A program made the position numbers and the translations under genes. A stretch of 61,983 nucleotides of DNA, counting the filler, from Globobulimina sp. (taxonomy: Eukaryota): the NCBI GenBank assembly GCA_003354225.1. It is 24 parts of 24 records of this genome, joined end to end, with 100 filler letters (N's around TTAATTAATTAA, not from the genome) between each part and the next. Parts side by side here need not be neighbours in the genome. Positions count along the whole stretch, not along the records: positions 33,637 to 36,123 come from PIVH01006391.1; positions 36,224 to 38,710 come from PIVH01006392.1; positions 38,811 to 41,297 come from PIVH01006393.1; positions 41,398 to 43,883 come from PIVH01006394.1; positions 43,984 to 46,469 come from PIVH01006395.1; positions 46,570 to 49,055 come from PIVH01006396.1; 18 more parts are not named here. The stretch is one strand, 5' to 3'. Shown here piece by piece: positions 34,712 to 46,868 of this stretch (position 1 is the stretch's first letter; each line of letters starts with the position of its first letter). The notes under the pieces are model-generated. The model had not been told where the DNA came from and did no database searches. It saw nothing but the letters and a program-made list of their open reading frames with translations.

Positions 34712-36123
34712 TCATACAATCTCAAATGAGTTCACATAAAATTGCTGCAACGGATTACCATTTGCAAATTCTAAAGGAATGGAATCATAATTTCCTTGCT
34801 GTTGATACATACCATCACGCTGACTGCGGGAATTGCGCCAATTACGATATTTCCAAACACTGATCATCAACACACAAATAACCAATGCAATACCTATTGC
34901 AATCCCGAAATAAATAACAAATCCTCTTTCCCAAAACGATAGTTGTTCATCGTCTGCTTTTTTATAATATATTCTCCAAATAACGTTTGAAAGATCATCA
35001 CTAACTAACATGGATCCATCGTGTGATAATATTTCAATATCAACCGGTCGTCCCCATGGCGGATATCGTACATCCGTATAATTCGTATTATTTATAAAAC
35101 CATCTAAAAATACATCAACGTCCGTAATGACATTCGTCCAGTTATTATCTGAAAGTTGTTCAACCTGAACATGAACCACAATCACACGATATCCAATTCT
35201 AACCAGATACCGACTGTTCCCATAATTTGTTCCATGCTGAGCTATAAATATTGCATTCCTATATTTTCTTGGAAACTTATTATTGTTATTATTATGTTCC
35301 ATATCCGGATAAAATTGCATTCCAAGAACAGCAGCATGAGGTCCTTGGGGTTGGATTGAAACGGTAAAATTGCTCTGATTGCAATTAATTCCATTTCCAT
35401 AATCTGGATCATCCCATCCATAGCTTTTAAATGTTTCGCGATTTGCTGGATCACCAAAACCAACACTATGACAATACGGAAATCCAAAATGTTCCCCGTT
35501 TTTGCGAACAACATTTAATTCATCGTCGGGTCGCAATTGAATAGTTTCCATATCCGCTGATGTTGTGGCACCGTTATCAGTGAACCATAATTGTTTTGAA
35601 ATAGGATGGAAATCAAAACCGACACTATTTCTCATTCCCTTTGCGAGTATATATGAATAATCAGATGCGTTTATTTGCTGTGGTTGATTTGTAGTATTTG
35701 TGGGATGTCGGATAACATTATAACATCTTATTTATCCTTCAAAAGCATACTGCGACATACAAACATCACATGGATGGCCAAATGCGATACATAAATGTTG
35801 TCTGTCTAATGCAAATCGTCCATAATGTCGTTCATGATTATTCCTGAATGCATTATATGGTAATTCCATAAATAAAGAACATTGTAAGTTATTATTGATA
35901 GCGCTGTTGTTATATAACATGGATAAAACATAGGAATGTACATTATTACAAATATATAAATCAATAAATGTCATAAAATAAATATCCTCTGATTCTGTAT
36001 CAATGACAAACTGGGTAATAAAATTTCTATTTTGTGTGGCATTTAAATATGTTTTATTTACAACCGGTATAATTGCATCATTTGTCCCGTCTGATTCAAT
36101 ATCTATTAAAGCATAAACAGATT
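34712..36123 (-). CDS. Membrane-anchored L-sorbosone/PQQ sugar dehydrogenase-like beta-propeller; 5'-truncated; in-frame TAA at 35732-35734
   Basis: VYALID..SDG, AFGHPCDVC, AKGMRNSVGFDFHP, LWFTDNG, PDDELN, HFGFPYC, PHAAVLGMQFY, IFIAQHG, GRPVD, DGSMLVSDD; C-terminal TM. One frame throughout apart from the single TAA. Confidence 0.85.
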
Positions 36124-36223
36124 NNNNNNNNNNNNNNNNNNNNNNNNNNNNNNNNNNNNNNNNNNNNTTAATTAATTAANNNNNNNNNNNNNNNNNNNNN
36201 NNNNNNNNNNNNNNNNNNNNNNN

Positions 36224-36446
36224 AATGCTGTAATGCAATAAAACCAAATACAATACATATGTTCAATAATATTTTAAAACCTTTTGGTGCGTTATCTCCT
36301 TGACCAGGACCATCTTCTGTGGTTGAACTTTGATCAGTTGTTTGTGATGTATTTGTATTGTATTCTGTATCCATTGTTGAAAAAAAATCATCCGTTTCTA
36401 ACATGGTGCTTGATAATTCCCAACTTGTTGTGTTTGCAATGGCCAT
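36224..36446 (-). CDS. Ser/Thr-rich N-terminus followed by a TM helix, truncated
   Basis: MAIANTTSW...STTEDG...ILLNICIVFGFIAL; open to the contig edge; head-to-head with the P450. Confidence 0.5.
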
Positions 36447-36542
36447 AGCTGATGCTTTGATGCTTAACTAAAGTGACAGAGTTTTTTTGGCTTAAATGTT
36501 TTTTTTGCTTCCCACATATTCCATCTATTTAAAAAGCGCATA

Positions 36543-38384
36543 ATGGGCAATATATTGTCCCAACCGTGGCCAATTGCAAAGAAGACAGTATTCAATGCAA
36601 TACTTCCCATTAAACATAAACACAGAGCAATCGTTTGTGTCTGCTGCATCGGCTTAGCATATTCAATTTGGAAAAGACGAGCCATTCCGCATCCAAATAT
36701 CCCAATGAATGAAGCATCATCGACTTTTTATTTCGGGGATTTCTTCAGATATATAAATAACAGCAAATCGAATGACCCAGGCAAACAATATTATGAGTCA
36801 GTGGTAGTGCCGACATTGGCAAAAATGAAAGGCAAACATTATTTATTTTGCGAATCCAACCCAGCAATTCCAGGACTACCAATTCCCAGATATGGTGTCA
36901 TTCTGTTTCACCCTCAACTCGTCAAAATAATATTTACTGACAAATTTGAGTCATTTCAAAAAACGCAGCTCATTCATGATCCATTGGAGGAGCTGTTTGG
37001 TGATGGAATATTTACTGCAGATCCACCGCAATGGCGATGGCACAGAAAAGTGGCGTCGAGAATATTTACTATGCGGAATTTAAAAGATCATATATTTGGA
37101 TGCGGCGTCAGAAATGCTCGGATATTGATCGATAAAATGGCACAATACAAGAATAACGGAATAAATAACGGTGTCATGGATATTGACGATTTGCTCGGCA
37201 GATTTACATTGCAGTCATTTGTAGAAAGTGCATTTGGTCAACATTTGGAAATCATTGAGTCCGCACCCACTAAACATCCATTTAACGCCGCATTTGATAA
37301 CATTTGGCATTTATTGATGATGCGATATGGCGATCCTTTTTGGAAAATTAAACGAAAATTTAAAATTGGGCGCAGGGAAAGTGTTGAAATTCCGGGTAAT
37401 ATCGCGATATTAAATGATTTTGTTTATGGTGTCATTAATTCGCGGAGAAAGAACCAGCCATTGTTTACTGATGAAACTGGCGACGAAAATAAGAAATATG
37501 ACCTATTATCGTTATTTTTGAGACATAAGGAAACTTTGATTGATCCAGACTCACAGTTGAAAGAGCTCAGAGATATAACTATGAATTTTGTGATTGCCGC
37601 CAGAGACACAACAAAGGTATATATCTACATTGAATTATCTATATTTGCATTCTCTGTGTTTGTATTATTCAATTTAAAGGTATTAATATCATGGTTTTTG
37701 TATGAAATTAGTTTAGGTAAAAATAGACATATTTTATCAAAATTAGTTGGAGAAATTGATGACAATTATTTTGGTGACAATATTGAGGGTAATAATTTAT
37801 CTCCGTCTCAACTAAAGTTACTTTTATATGATTTAATGGCAGATATTTTTACTGCTGATATTGTAAATGTCATTGTGTCATACTTTGGTTCATATTCATG
37901 TGATGATATAAATGAAATACAATATGATGATAAATTTGCGAATGGATATAAATATTTAACTGCGACGTTGTTAGAGACGCTGAGATATCGTCCATCCGTA
38001 GCATGGTTAGCCAGAGTTGCTGTGAAAGATGAGATTGTCGAATTTGATGGCAATGTGTATACAATTTGTAAAGGATCGAGTGTGGCGGTTAGTTGTTATT
38101 CTTATTCCCGAATGAAGCATATTTTTGGTGATGATGCAGATACTTTCAATCCAGATAGATTTGCGGAAAAAGGAATAAATACATTTAATATGTATCAATA
38201 TCCATATTTTAATGTGAAGCCAAGATTTTGTTTAGGTAGAAATGTTGCAATTGCTCAAGCCAAAATTGTGGCAATTTTAATATTGCGGAATTTTGTTATT
38301 GAACCAATCAGAGATCAAAATGTAACCACTGTGTTTTCGCCAATAACTTTCATGAAACATGGGTTTAAAATAAAATTGAAATAA
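36543..38384 (+). CDS. Cytochrome P450 (CYP86/CYP704-like); probable in-frame 63-nt intron 37617-37679
   Basis: LFGDGIFTAD..WRWHRK, I-helix AARDTT, ETLR, FNPDRF, heme motif FNVKPRFCLG. Confidence 0.92.
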   Translation: MGNILSQPWPIAKKTVFNAILPIKHKHRAIVCVCCIGLAYSIWKRRAIPHPNIPMNEASSTFYFGDFFRYINNSKSNDPGKQYYESVVVPTLAKMKGKHYLFCESNPAIPGLPIPRYGVILFHPQLVKIIFTDKFESFQKTQLIHDPLEELFGDGIFTADPPQWRWHRKVASRIFTMRNLKDHIFGCGVRNARILIDKMAQYKNNGINNGVMDIDDLLGRFTLQSFVESAFGQHLEIIESAPTKHPFNAAFDNIWHLLMMRYGDPFWKIKRKFKIGRRESVEIPGNIAILNDFVYGVINSRRKNQPLFTDETGDENKKYDLLSLFLRHKETLIDPDSQLKELRDITMNFVIAARDTTKVYIYIELSIFAFSVFVLFNLKVLISWFLYEISLGKNRHILSKLVGEIDDNYFGDNIEGNNLSPSQLKLLLYDLMADIFTADIVNVIVSYFGSYSCDDINEIQYDDKFANGYKYLTATLLETLRYRPSVAWLARVAVKDEIVEFDGNVYTICKGSSVAVSCYSYSRMKHIFGDDADTFNPDRFAEKGINTFNMYQYPYFNVKPRFCLGRNVAIAQAKIVAILILRNFVIEPIRDQNVTTVFSPITFMKHGFKIKLK

Positions 38385-38810
38385 AGGTAAAGAACAAAAA
38401 TGAAGTCGTGTTATATTATGTGTTGTATAACTTGTATTTTGTATCTTTTTTTTTTGTATACTTTTGAATGGTTTTCCGAAAATTAGAATGACATACATTT
38501 TTACAACGGAAAGCTGATTATTTGAATTTTCAAAATGTATTACAAATACTAATAAAACAGTCAGAAAATGATTAAAATTTGAAAATGATCATAAAACGTT
38601 AGAAAATAGTCATAAAAACTCTTTCGTCAGAAATCTTTTCTGATTCATCTAAACAAACATCTCCAAAATCAGATTAGATCATGTATATTATTATTTTTTT
38701 TTTTTTTTCTNNNNNNNNNNNNNNNNNNNNNNNNNNNNNNNNNNNNNNNNNNNNTTAATTAATTAANNNNNNNNNNNNNNNNNNNNNNNNNNNNNNNNNN
38801 NNNNNNNNNN

Positions 38811-41297
38811 TACACTGATCAACAGTCGAAAGCTATAGAGAATTATATGCAAGTTATGCTGCAATATAACAAGAAGAATTCGAAAGAAGTTGTAGTTATG
38901 TTCCCAAATTGGCCCATCACCACACAGTTAACGAGCTATTCGCAGATTAATGTGTTAACGGCACCCTTTATGGGTTTAATATGGAATACGATATTGTACC
39001 ATATGTATATCAACGACAAAGCACGTGTCAATGTGACCAATTTCCAGAAAATACTGCGTTTAATGTCCGTTGCCATTCAAGCCATTCTCGAAAACAGATT
39101 CGATTTAACCTCTACAAACGGCGGTAAATTGATACAGAATTTTGTAAAAAAAGATTTTCAATTTAGGTTAACAAACGAATGGGATTACATTGCCGACGAT
39201 AATAAACCAGAAATCATGCAAAAATATCAAGATACCAAAGAAAATATGGATATTGACAATGAGAATGATGCCGATATAAATATGCAGAATAATGACATGC
39301 AAAACAATGATAAATATTCTACGCAAGCCTTGGAAACCTATAATAAAGTAATGACTCAGAATGGCATTGGCGTTGGTAGCAACGTGTGGTTTTTATGTAA
39401 AATGTTAATCGATTCTAAAGCAAAAAGCATTGCTCACATTGAAGCATCGCAATTGCTGTTAATTGAGAAGATATTGGGCATATTGTATTGCATCAACATT
39501 CCGGAAATAAAAAATATAATTTCGCCGTTATGGTCGCCCCCGTCATCAGCCAAGAAAAAGAAGAAAAGGAAAAAAAAAGTCAAGCTGACCGCTGCAGAAA
39601 AGCGCAAACTACGCGCTCAAAAACGTCAGGCTCGAATCCAGGCTCAGATGAAGGCGAAAAACGAAGGATTTGGCAAGTTGCATGAGGAGGAAATCAAGAA
39701 AGATGAACTGATGCAAGAGCTGGAAGAGAAACAACAGGCGGAAGCCTTTGGGATTGGCGTGTCTTACCAATGCATTGTGTGTCGGAGTCGCGACAAACAG
39801 GACAGTATTTCCATGATGGCCTTTGCCACCAAATGTGGCATTATGCACAAACTGTTGAATAATCAAAATCTGCCCTTTGTGGGTGGCAAAGAGGACGAAA
39901 AAAAAGATGAACATGAATGGTATAACAAAGGCGTCAATTTCTCGTTTTGTGGACATTGTGTACATAAATCGTGCCATGATACGTATGTTAAACAGATCCA
40001 ATCTGCGCATAATAATTCCGCGCATTATGGCGGCCGCGGCAGCATAAATATTCTGAAGAAAGAGTTTTGTTGTCCATATTGTAAGACTGTGAGCAATATA
40101 TTGGTGCCATTGCAAATTGTGTATAGGAATAAAAAAATTAATGTGGCAAAATTTAAGTTGCAACATATTGATAATGGCGGTGTGGAGTGGCAGGATAATG
40201 ATGATGTGGATGGTGGTAAAACTACGGTTATTCGCAAGAAATTATGTATTGATTTTTTTACATCGCTTTTTTGTATTTGGGACAGATACCAACATTCTAC
40301 CAAGCAACATAGCGACTATTGTGACCGGATCGGAGCCGCATATTCCACCTTAACTATCTGTAATGTATTGACGTACAGTATAAATTGCCAGGAAATAATT
40401 TTCCGAGATTTGGCACCGCATTCAAGAAAGGATCGATTAAATCGCATTGTAACAAATATGAATGCATTTATTGCGGCATTGTGGTTACTAGCGAGGCAAA
40501 CTAATTATCAATTTGATACAAACAGCCATAGAATGATTAAATCGACGGTTTTTGATAAAGATATCATTAAAAAGTATAGCTGGCAATTTGTAAAAAGGAA
40601 AATGTTTAATGACAGTAATGAATCGAAAGGAAACGAGGAGTCAAATAAATATTGTTATGATCCATTTAGTTTATTATGTCGAGCTGTTATTTGTTATGAA
40701 AGCACATTTTCGTTTGAAAATGCAAGTGTTCATATTAATAATTCACAAAGTAATGTTCGAATGGACACTGATGACGACGAGGAAGGGGAAGAGGAGGAAA
40801 AAGAAGATAATGCAGCACGAGATTTGTATACATTGTTATTAATGTGTTATATTATGCAAATAACACAATTATTAATCTCATACAGCCATAGCAGCAAACA
40901 ACAAGTAGATAATTATAAGAATGGGATAATAATGTTTGTAAAAAATAAAGATAATTGGAATGATATTATAATTGGAATCATACCATTTTTGAGACGTGTC
41001 TGTCTTTTATATAATTCGTTTGGATGTGTTGATATTTTTGGTAATAAGTTGGATGATCAGTGGATGGATTGTGATGAGAATGAATGTAATGCATTATGTG
41101 ATATATTACATATTGACAGAGTTTGCGATGTATTTGAGTCTATTTTGAATGATAAAAATAAATATTTTTTAAATTATATGAATAATATAACTAATTTGGA
41201 GATAAATTACTTTATCAATAAATGAAAGAATAATGAATGGGATAAATGTGAAACATTTTCATTGATCAAATTGCCATTAAATTATAATGATTTATTT
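38811..41297 (+). CDS. UBR1/2/3-type N-end-rule E3 ubiquitin ligase, internal fragment; in-frame TGA at 41223-41225
   Basis: Basic helix RQARIQAQMK; split RING-H2 CIVC...FCGHCVHKSC...EFCCPYCKTVSNILVP; IPFLRR; after the TGA, LIKLPLNYNDL. Confidence 0.85.
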
Positions 41298-41885
41298 NNN
41301 NNNNNNNNNNNNNNNNNNNNNNNNNNNNNNNNNNNNNNNNNTTAATTAATTAANNNNNNNNNNNNNNNNNNNNNNNNNNNNNNNNNNNNNNNNNNNNATG
41401 GTTTGTACTCTGTTTTTTTTTTACATACAATTATCATACAGCAAACTTTTGATTTTTCGGATCTTACATTGAAGAAATTGATCGACAAATCATTCTTCAA
41501 TGTGTATTGAGAGATATTTATTTGCATAAAAATCTAAAATTTAAATAACAATCAATTCGGTACGTTGCTGCACAGCTTATTGTGTACGAAATTCGTTGTT
41601 TTTATTTTCATTTTTGTATGAAAATTATATGCAAATAAAAACAACAAATCGTGGCAACAACGCACCAGTAATCCGATAGATTCATTCATTGATTATTATT
41701 TTGCTACATTTTTATGCAAATACATACAACAAAAACACAAAATAAATATCTTTTTCACCGTATTTTGTTTACATTCACACTCTGAACGCATTGAAAAATG
41801 AGGCTTTCATCGCAAAATCTAATATCATACATACACACTGTGACAGGATGAGGCCACGTCAGTTTGCAAACAATTAACCAGTTCA

Positions 41886-43883
41886 AGTGGCTGTTGGTTG
41901 GGCTTAAATGACCAAAAAGACACTCGAGTCTACGAATGGACTGATGGCACGGCATGGGATTACGGCACAGTGTTGAACGAATATCCATGGTATATCTCAG
42001 AGCCAGGCTCAGCCTCCTCGCAGTTATGCATTTTCTTAGACCCTTCCAACGGCGCAGACCCAGGCGAGTATTTAATGGATGATTATTGGTGCGAACGTAC
42101 CAAACCTCGCCCACTCTGCAACGCGCCGAGCGAAATCTGTGCGCCTCAACAATGGAACGTCATTCGTGGCAGTCCCAATGGCTGGACCTGGACGCAAAAA
42201 CCTTGCGGTGTCGCCAAAACCGTCCAGGAAGCAGAGAGTGTCGCCCTTTTGGGCGATAAACAATATTTAAACACTGCCGGTTTGTACATACACTGTATAT
42301 TTCCGCTGGAAATTATAACCTATAACACTGAAAAAGGCGTATTAACCATCGACATGATGTACAGCATCACGTCATTGGGCGCATACGGCAACGCCGGGCT
42401 TGCTCTGTATTTCGACACAACCGATTGCGACAATTACTATTATATCGGTATATGGGGCGAATACTCAATGATGTTCATCGGCAAATATGTCAACAACGTT
42501 TGGAGTCTGATCCAGCACGCTCTCATTGCCCCCGCTTATGTGCTCAATGTGCCCTATTCATTACGTATCGAATTGACCGCCGGTACCGAATGGAATATAT
42601 TACTAAACTCGCAACCATTGATCGCAGTGTCCGACAATGAGTTTTCTAACGCAAATAATAAATTATCCGGCTACGTTGCACTACGAAATGTAAACGCGAT
42701 GTTCGACGTAAAATCGTTATACATCTCTGGCGAGGTACAACACGACGATACCACCAATAATTGGTGGCGACAATGCACCAACGCACCTACGGCGGCGCCG
42801 ACATTGTCCACTCTAAATCCGTCAGTGGCGCCCACCGGTTTTCCTACCTTGGAACCCACATTGACGCCGTCAGCCGCACCCACTGCAGACACCAACTCGC
42901 CGTCGACCTCACCCACCCAATTACCGTCGACGTCGCCCACCGTCGAACCCACCTTTTTGCCGTCCACCTCACCTACAATGGAGCCGACCTATTTGCCCAC
43001 ATTGGAGCCGACAGTGACGAGTCGATCGCCCAGCGACTCTCCGACACTTTTCCCCTCTGAGGTACCTACTGTTTCTCCCTCCAATAATCCGACAGTTGAA
43101 CCAACAGTGCATGTTGCAACGAATAATCCCTCTCTGAATCCGACAAATGAACCGACCGCAGAACCTACACATCAGGTTAAAAATCCCTATTCCATGTTCA
43201 CCAATCCCTATTTGAACTCGCTTTTGTATGACTAAATAATAAATATGTCATTGATGCTTATTATTTCGTCATAAAAGTGTCCCCAAAAACTTTCTAGTCA
43301 GCTCAGTAATGTTCGAATGACGCTTTGCTGATTGTTGACGTTCGTGAACTGAACATGGAATATTTGTTATGCGACTTGTTGTGTATATTCTATTCTGTTA
43401 ACTAAGCCGACCAATTCGCCCACCAATGAGCCCTCGCATTCTCCAGTCACCGCCAATCCCACCATAAGCACCGTGGTCGATGTCAACATCACTGATCATG
43501 TGATCCAAGTATATGAAGAAAGCATCGTAGTGACAGAGCGACGAAGTCAGATGATTTGGATCGTTGGCATACCGATAGGACTCGTAATGTTTTGCTTTTT
43601 TGGTGTATATTTGCTGTATAATTACTGCAAACAAACTAGAGAGAATTTTAAAAATAAAAATGTCTGCGTTGATGATGCAAGCCTTCGCAAACAAAGTAGA
43701 TCCAATTCAATCCGGTTAGAAACCGAAGAGCCGGAGGAGGCTGACATTGCTTTACAAGTGACGCAAAGTGAGGCATTTGAGCAGGAGGAGGAAAATGAAG
43801 AACATAATTTGTTGCAAGTTACCACTCCAAATGGGGTAGGTATTGATGATGAAAGTGGCGCATTACATGACCCTATTCATACG
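41886..43883 (+). CDS. C-type lectin domain plus beta-sandwich, Pro/Thr (TxxP) stalk and TM; intron 43176-43406
   Basis: WVGLND...YEWTDGT.WDY...W...EP...C...MDDYWC...C; about 35 TxxP repeats; TM IWIVGIPIGLVMFCFFGVYLL. Confidence 0.8.
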
Positions 43884-43983
43884 NNNNNNNNNNNNNNNNN
43901 NNNNNNNNNNNNNNNNNNNNNNNNNNNTTAATTAATTAANNNNNNNNNNNNNNNNNNNNNNNNNNNNNNNNNNNNNNNNNNNN

Positions 43984-45550
43984 TATGTATGAAAATTACT
44001 ATATTCTGACTTACATTCCTTTTTAATCCTTCATTCTCGTACAATAACTTATCATTTTCACATTTGATGCGATTATGAGCATCCACCAAACGACGCGATA
44101 TCTTTTGTAATTTTATGATTTCGCGATCGCGCGCAGATAAATCGCCATTTAATGCATTGATTTGGTCCAATTGACACTCATTCTCTTGTTTCAAACATTC
44201 AATTTTTAAATATAACGGCGCCAAATTCGAATTATCGTTCTCTTCTTCATTATTAAAATTATTATTATGATGGCCATGGCCATGGCCCTCTACAACGGCT
44301 AAATCCTCTTCTTCCTCTTCGTCATGGTCTGCCTCATTGTTATATTCGTTAAAAATCGATTTATTCATCTTATGATCCGAAATTATATCATTTTCAGTCT
44401 CATTGGAAATTATATCATTTTGTTTTAAATCTGTGCTCGACGTCGATGGTACACTGTTATTGTTATTATTATTTATATTATTCATATTCATATTATTTAT
44501 AGTTTGCGTCTGTGGCTGTGTCGGTGTTTGTATTTGTATGGCTTTTTGTACAGTTTTCGGCACAGAGACTGGGACTGCCACAGGACGAGGACTTACCGGC
44601 CGCGGCGGAGGAAGCGGTTGAGGTAGCGGCTGCATTTGAGGTTGGGGCTGTTGCTGTTGCTGTTGCTGTGGGGGTGGCTGATGTTGTGGCGGTGGCTGTG
44701 GCTGAGGCTGAGGAGGCGGAGGGCGTATTTGTTGGATTTGTTTTATTTGTTTCTTAGGGCTTTGCGGCGAGTGATATATGATTTGATGATGGTGATTAAA
44801 ATTGACAATTTCGTTTAATTTGCACCATGAATGTCGAAAGGGACAACTTATTTTATGGCATTTCTTATTATTTATAAAGAACTCGCAATAGCGCTGAGTG
44901 CCATAATTGGCCTCTAATACGCGTCCATCGTCTAATTTTTTATGGTTCATCGCTTGGACCGCTTTGGCAGCCGATATATTCTCTAAATATTTTATATGTA
45001 CACACATCCAATTGGTTCGAATGCAATTCTCGTTGTCAGTGATGGTGATATCTCGGATACGGCCAAATTGGCCAAACCATCTCTTGCTGGCTAATATGGT
45101 GCGATTACAGATGCTTTTGGGTAATCCAGCTACATAACAAATATCCCGTTGTTGCATTCGTATTTTAAGTAAAGATTCGCGACTTAAATTACCGTGTAAC
45201 GAGGAGGCGGAGGAAGAGGAGCAACCTCCCGATCGCGAATAATTATTATCATCGCTGCACATATTTCCCGTTAAGCTTCGAATACGCAATTTTTTGGGCG
45301 ACATGGTTTTAGAATTCTTGTTACATGCAATGCGCGACGCATACGATAATTTAGGTTTTGGTGTCACTGATATTACCGGTTTAGGTGGGATGTTACTGTT
45401 GGAATTATTAGTAATTGTATTTGTTGTATTTGTTGCATTGTTGGCATTATTCATTTTATTATTATGATTTTTCCATTTTTTATTCCTTCTTCGTTTTTTA
45501 CTGTTGTTATTATTGTTGTTCATATTGGAAGAATTCTTATTTTTATTCAT
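43984..45550 (-). CDS. NOT4/CNOT4-like RRM plus CCCH protein with Pro/Gln-rich region and coiled coil; no N-terminal RING
   Basis: IRMQQRDICYVAGLP, FGQFGRI, ANYGTQRYCEFFINNKKCHKISCPFRH. Confidence 0.8.
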
Positions 45551-46031
45551 TGTCTATGACTTAATTCTTTTCTTTTTAAAATTTTGTTGATTTTGTGTTG
45601 ACGAACGTTCCAATGTGGGAGCATGCAAAAAAACAAAAACGAACTTAAAAACTTTTAGTAATACGAAAAACGATGGAAAACACACAATCATAATTGGAGT
45701 CATAAAATGTGTTTCGCCGCCATTTCCTTTTCTAATCTGTAGAGTTCTGCTTTCGATTTAATTGATAAATCGGTAAATAAGTGTAATGGATTAATGATTG
45801 CCTTCGCCTCATATTATGCATATAGAATAAGAGCATGAGGTCATTGGTATCCTCGCACTCAGTGCACAATTTGTTGCGAGACCGCATGCTCTTTTGTTTT
45901 ATGTTACCTTAAGGCATTAATTTGGTATAGCAAATTTACACGGATTTGTATGTTTATTTTTGCTTTCTGTGCCATGATTAAAATACACAACAAATCAACT
46001 TTGCAAAACACAAAAGATTTTTTTTTGCCTC

Positions 46032-46469
46032 ATGTCGCAGACAATGTTTGCAATCAAGAAAGGAGGCGGTCCCAGCAATTCGTCTCATTCAAACACAAGT
46101 AATTCAAGCAATTCAGCGCCGACTAGTAATAAAAAAGCATCAGTAACATCATCAGCAACATCAGTATGGCAAAAAAAAAAACGCAAACGCGGTAATAAAA
46201 ATAAAAATAAAACAAACAAGAATAATGAATTAATTTCTGATGACAACTCGTCGATCACCACAAACGACGAAGGAAAAGAATGCACGAAAGAAATTTCTCA
46301 TAATCTCGACCCAAAAACTGAGACTATTAACAATAACATCAACATCACCAACAACAATAATAATAATAATGACAATGACGCATCCAAATCATCATACGAT
46401 CCCACCTCAAATCCGTATTCCTTAGAAAATTACAAAAAAAATCACGAGTTACAAAAAAAAGTGGAAAAC
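46032..46469 (+). CDS. Low-complexity protein N-terminus with basic cluster, truncated
   Basis: MSQTMFAIKK...KKKRKR...; open to the contig end. Confidence 0.55.
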
Positions 46470-46868
46470 NNNNNNNNNNNNNNNNNNNNNNNNNNNNNNN
46501 NNNNNNNNNNNNNTTAATTAATTAANNNNNNNNNNNNNNNNNNNNNNNNNNNNNNNNNNNNNNNNNNNNGGATTTCGAATTTCAAAGGGTGGTAAAAAAG
46601 TTGTCAACGGTGACACAGAAACGGTGGATTTATTACGTCTCAAAACAACACCATGCAAACATTTCAAAGAAGTTGTAAAACGTTTTCGCATTTTCTACAA
46701 TCACTAGTCAATAAAACAAATAGAAATGTAATTCTTAAAAACATGTGAAGCGGTGCCATCTCGAGATGGTGTATTTATTTTTTACGGAATAGTGAAAAAT
46801 GTAAAAACAAAATTTAAATTAATTAAAAAATATATAACTATTGCAAATATTTAACATTGTTTTTATCG

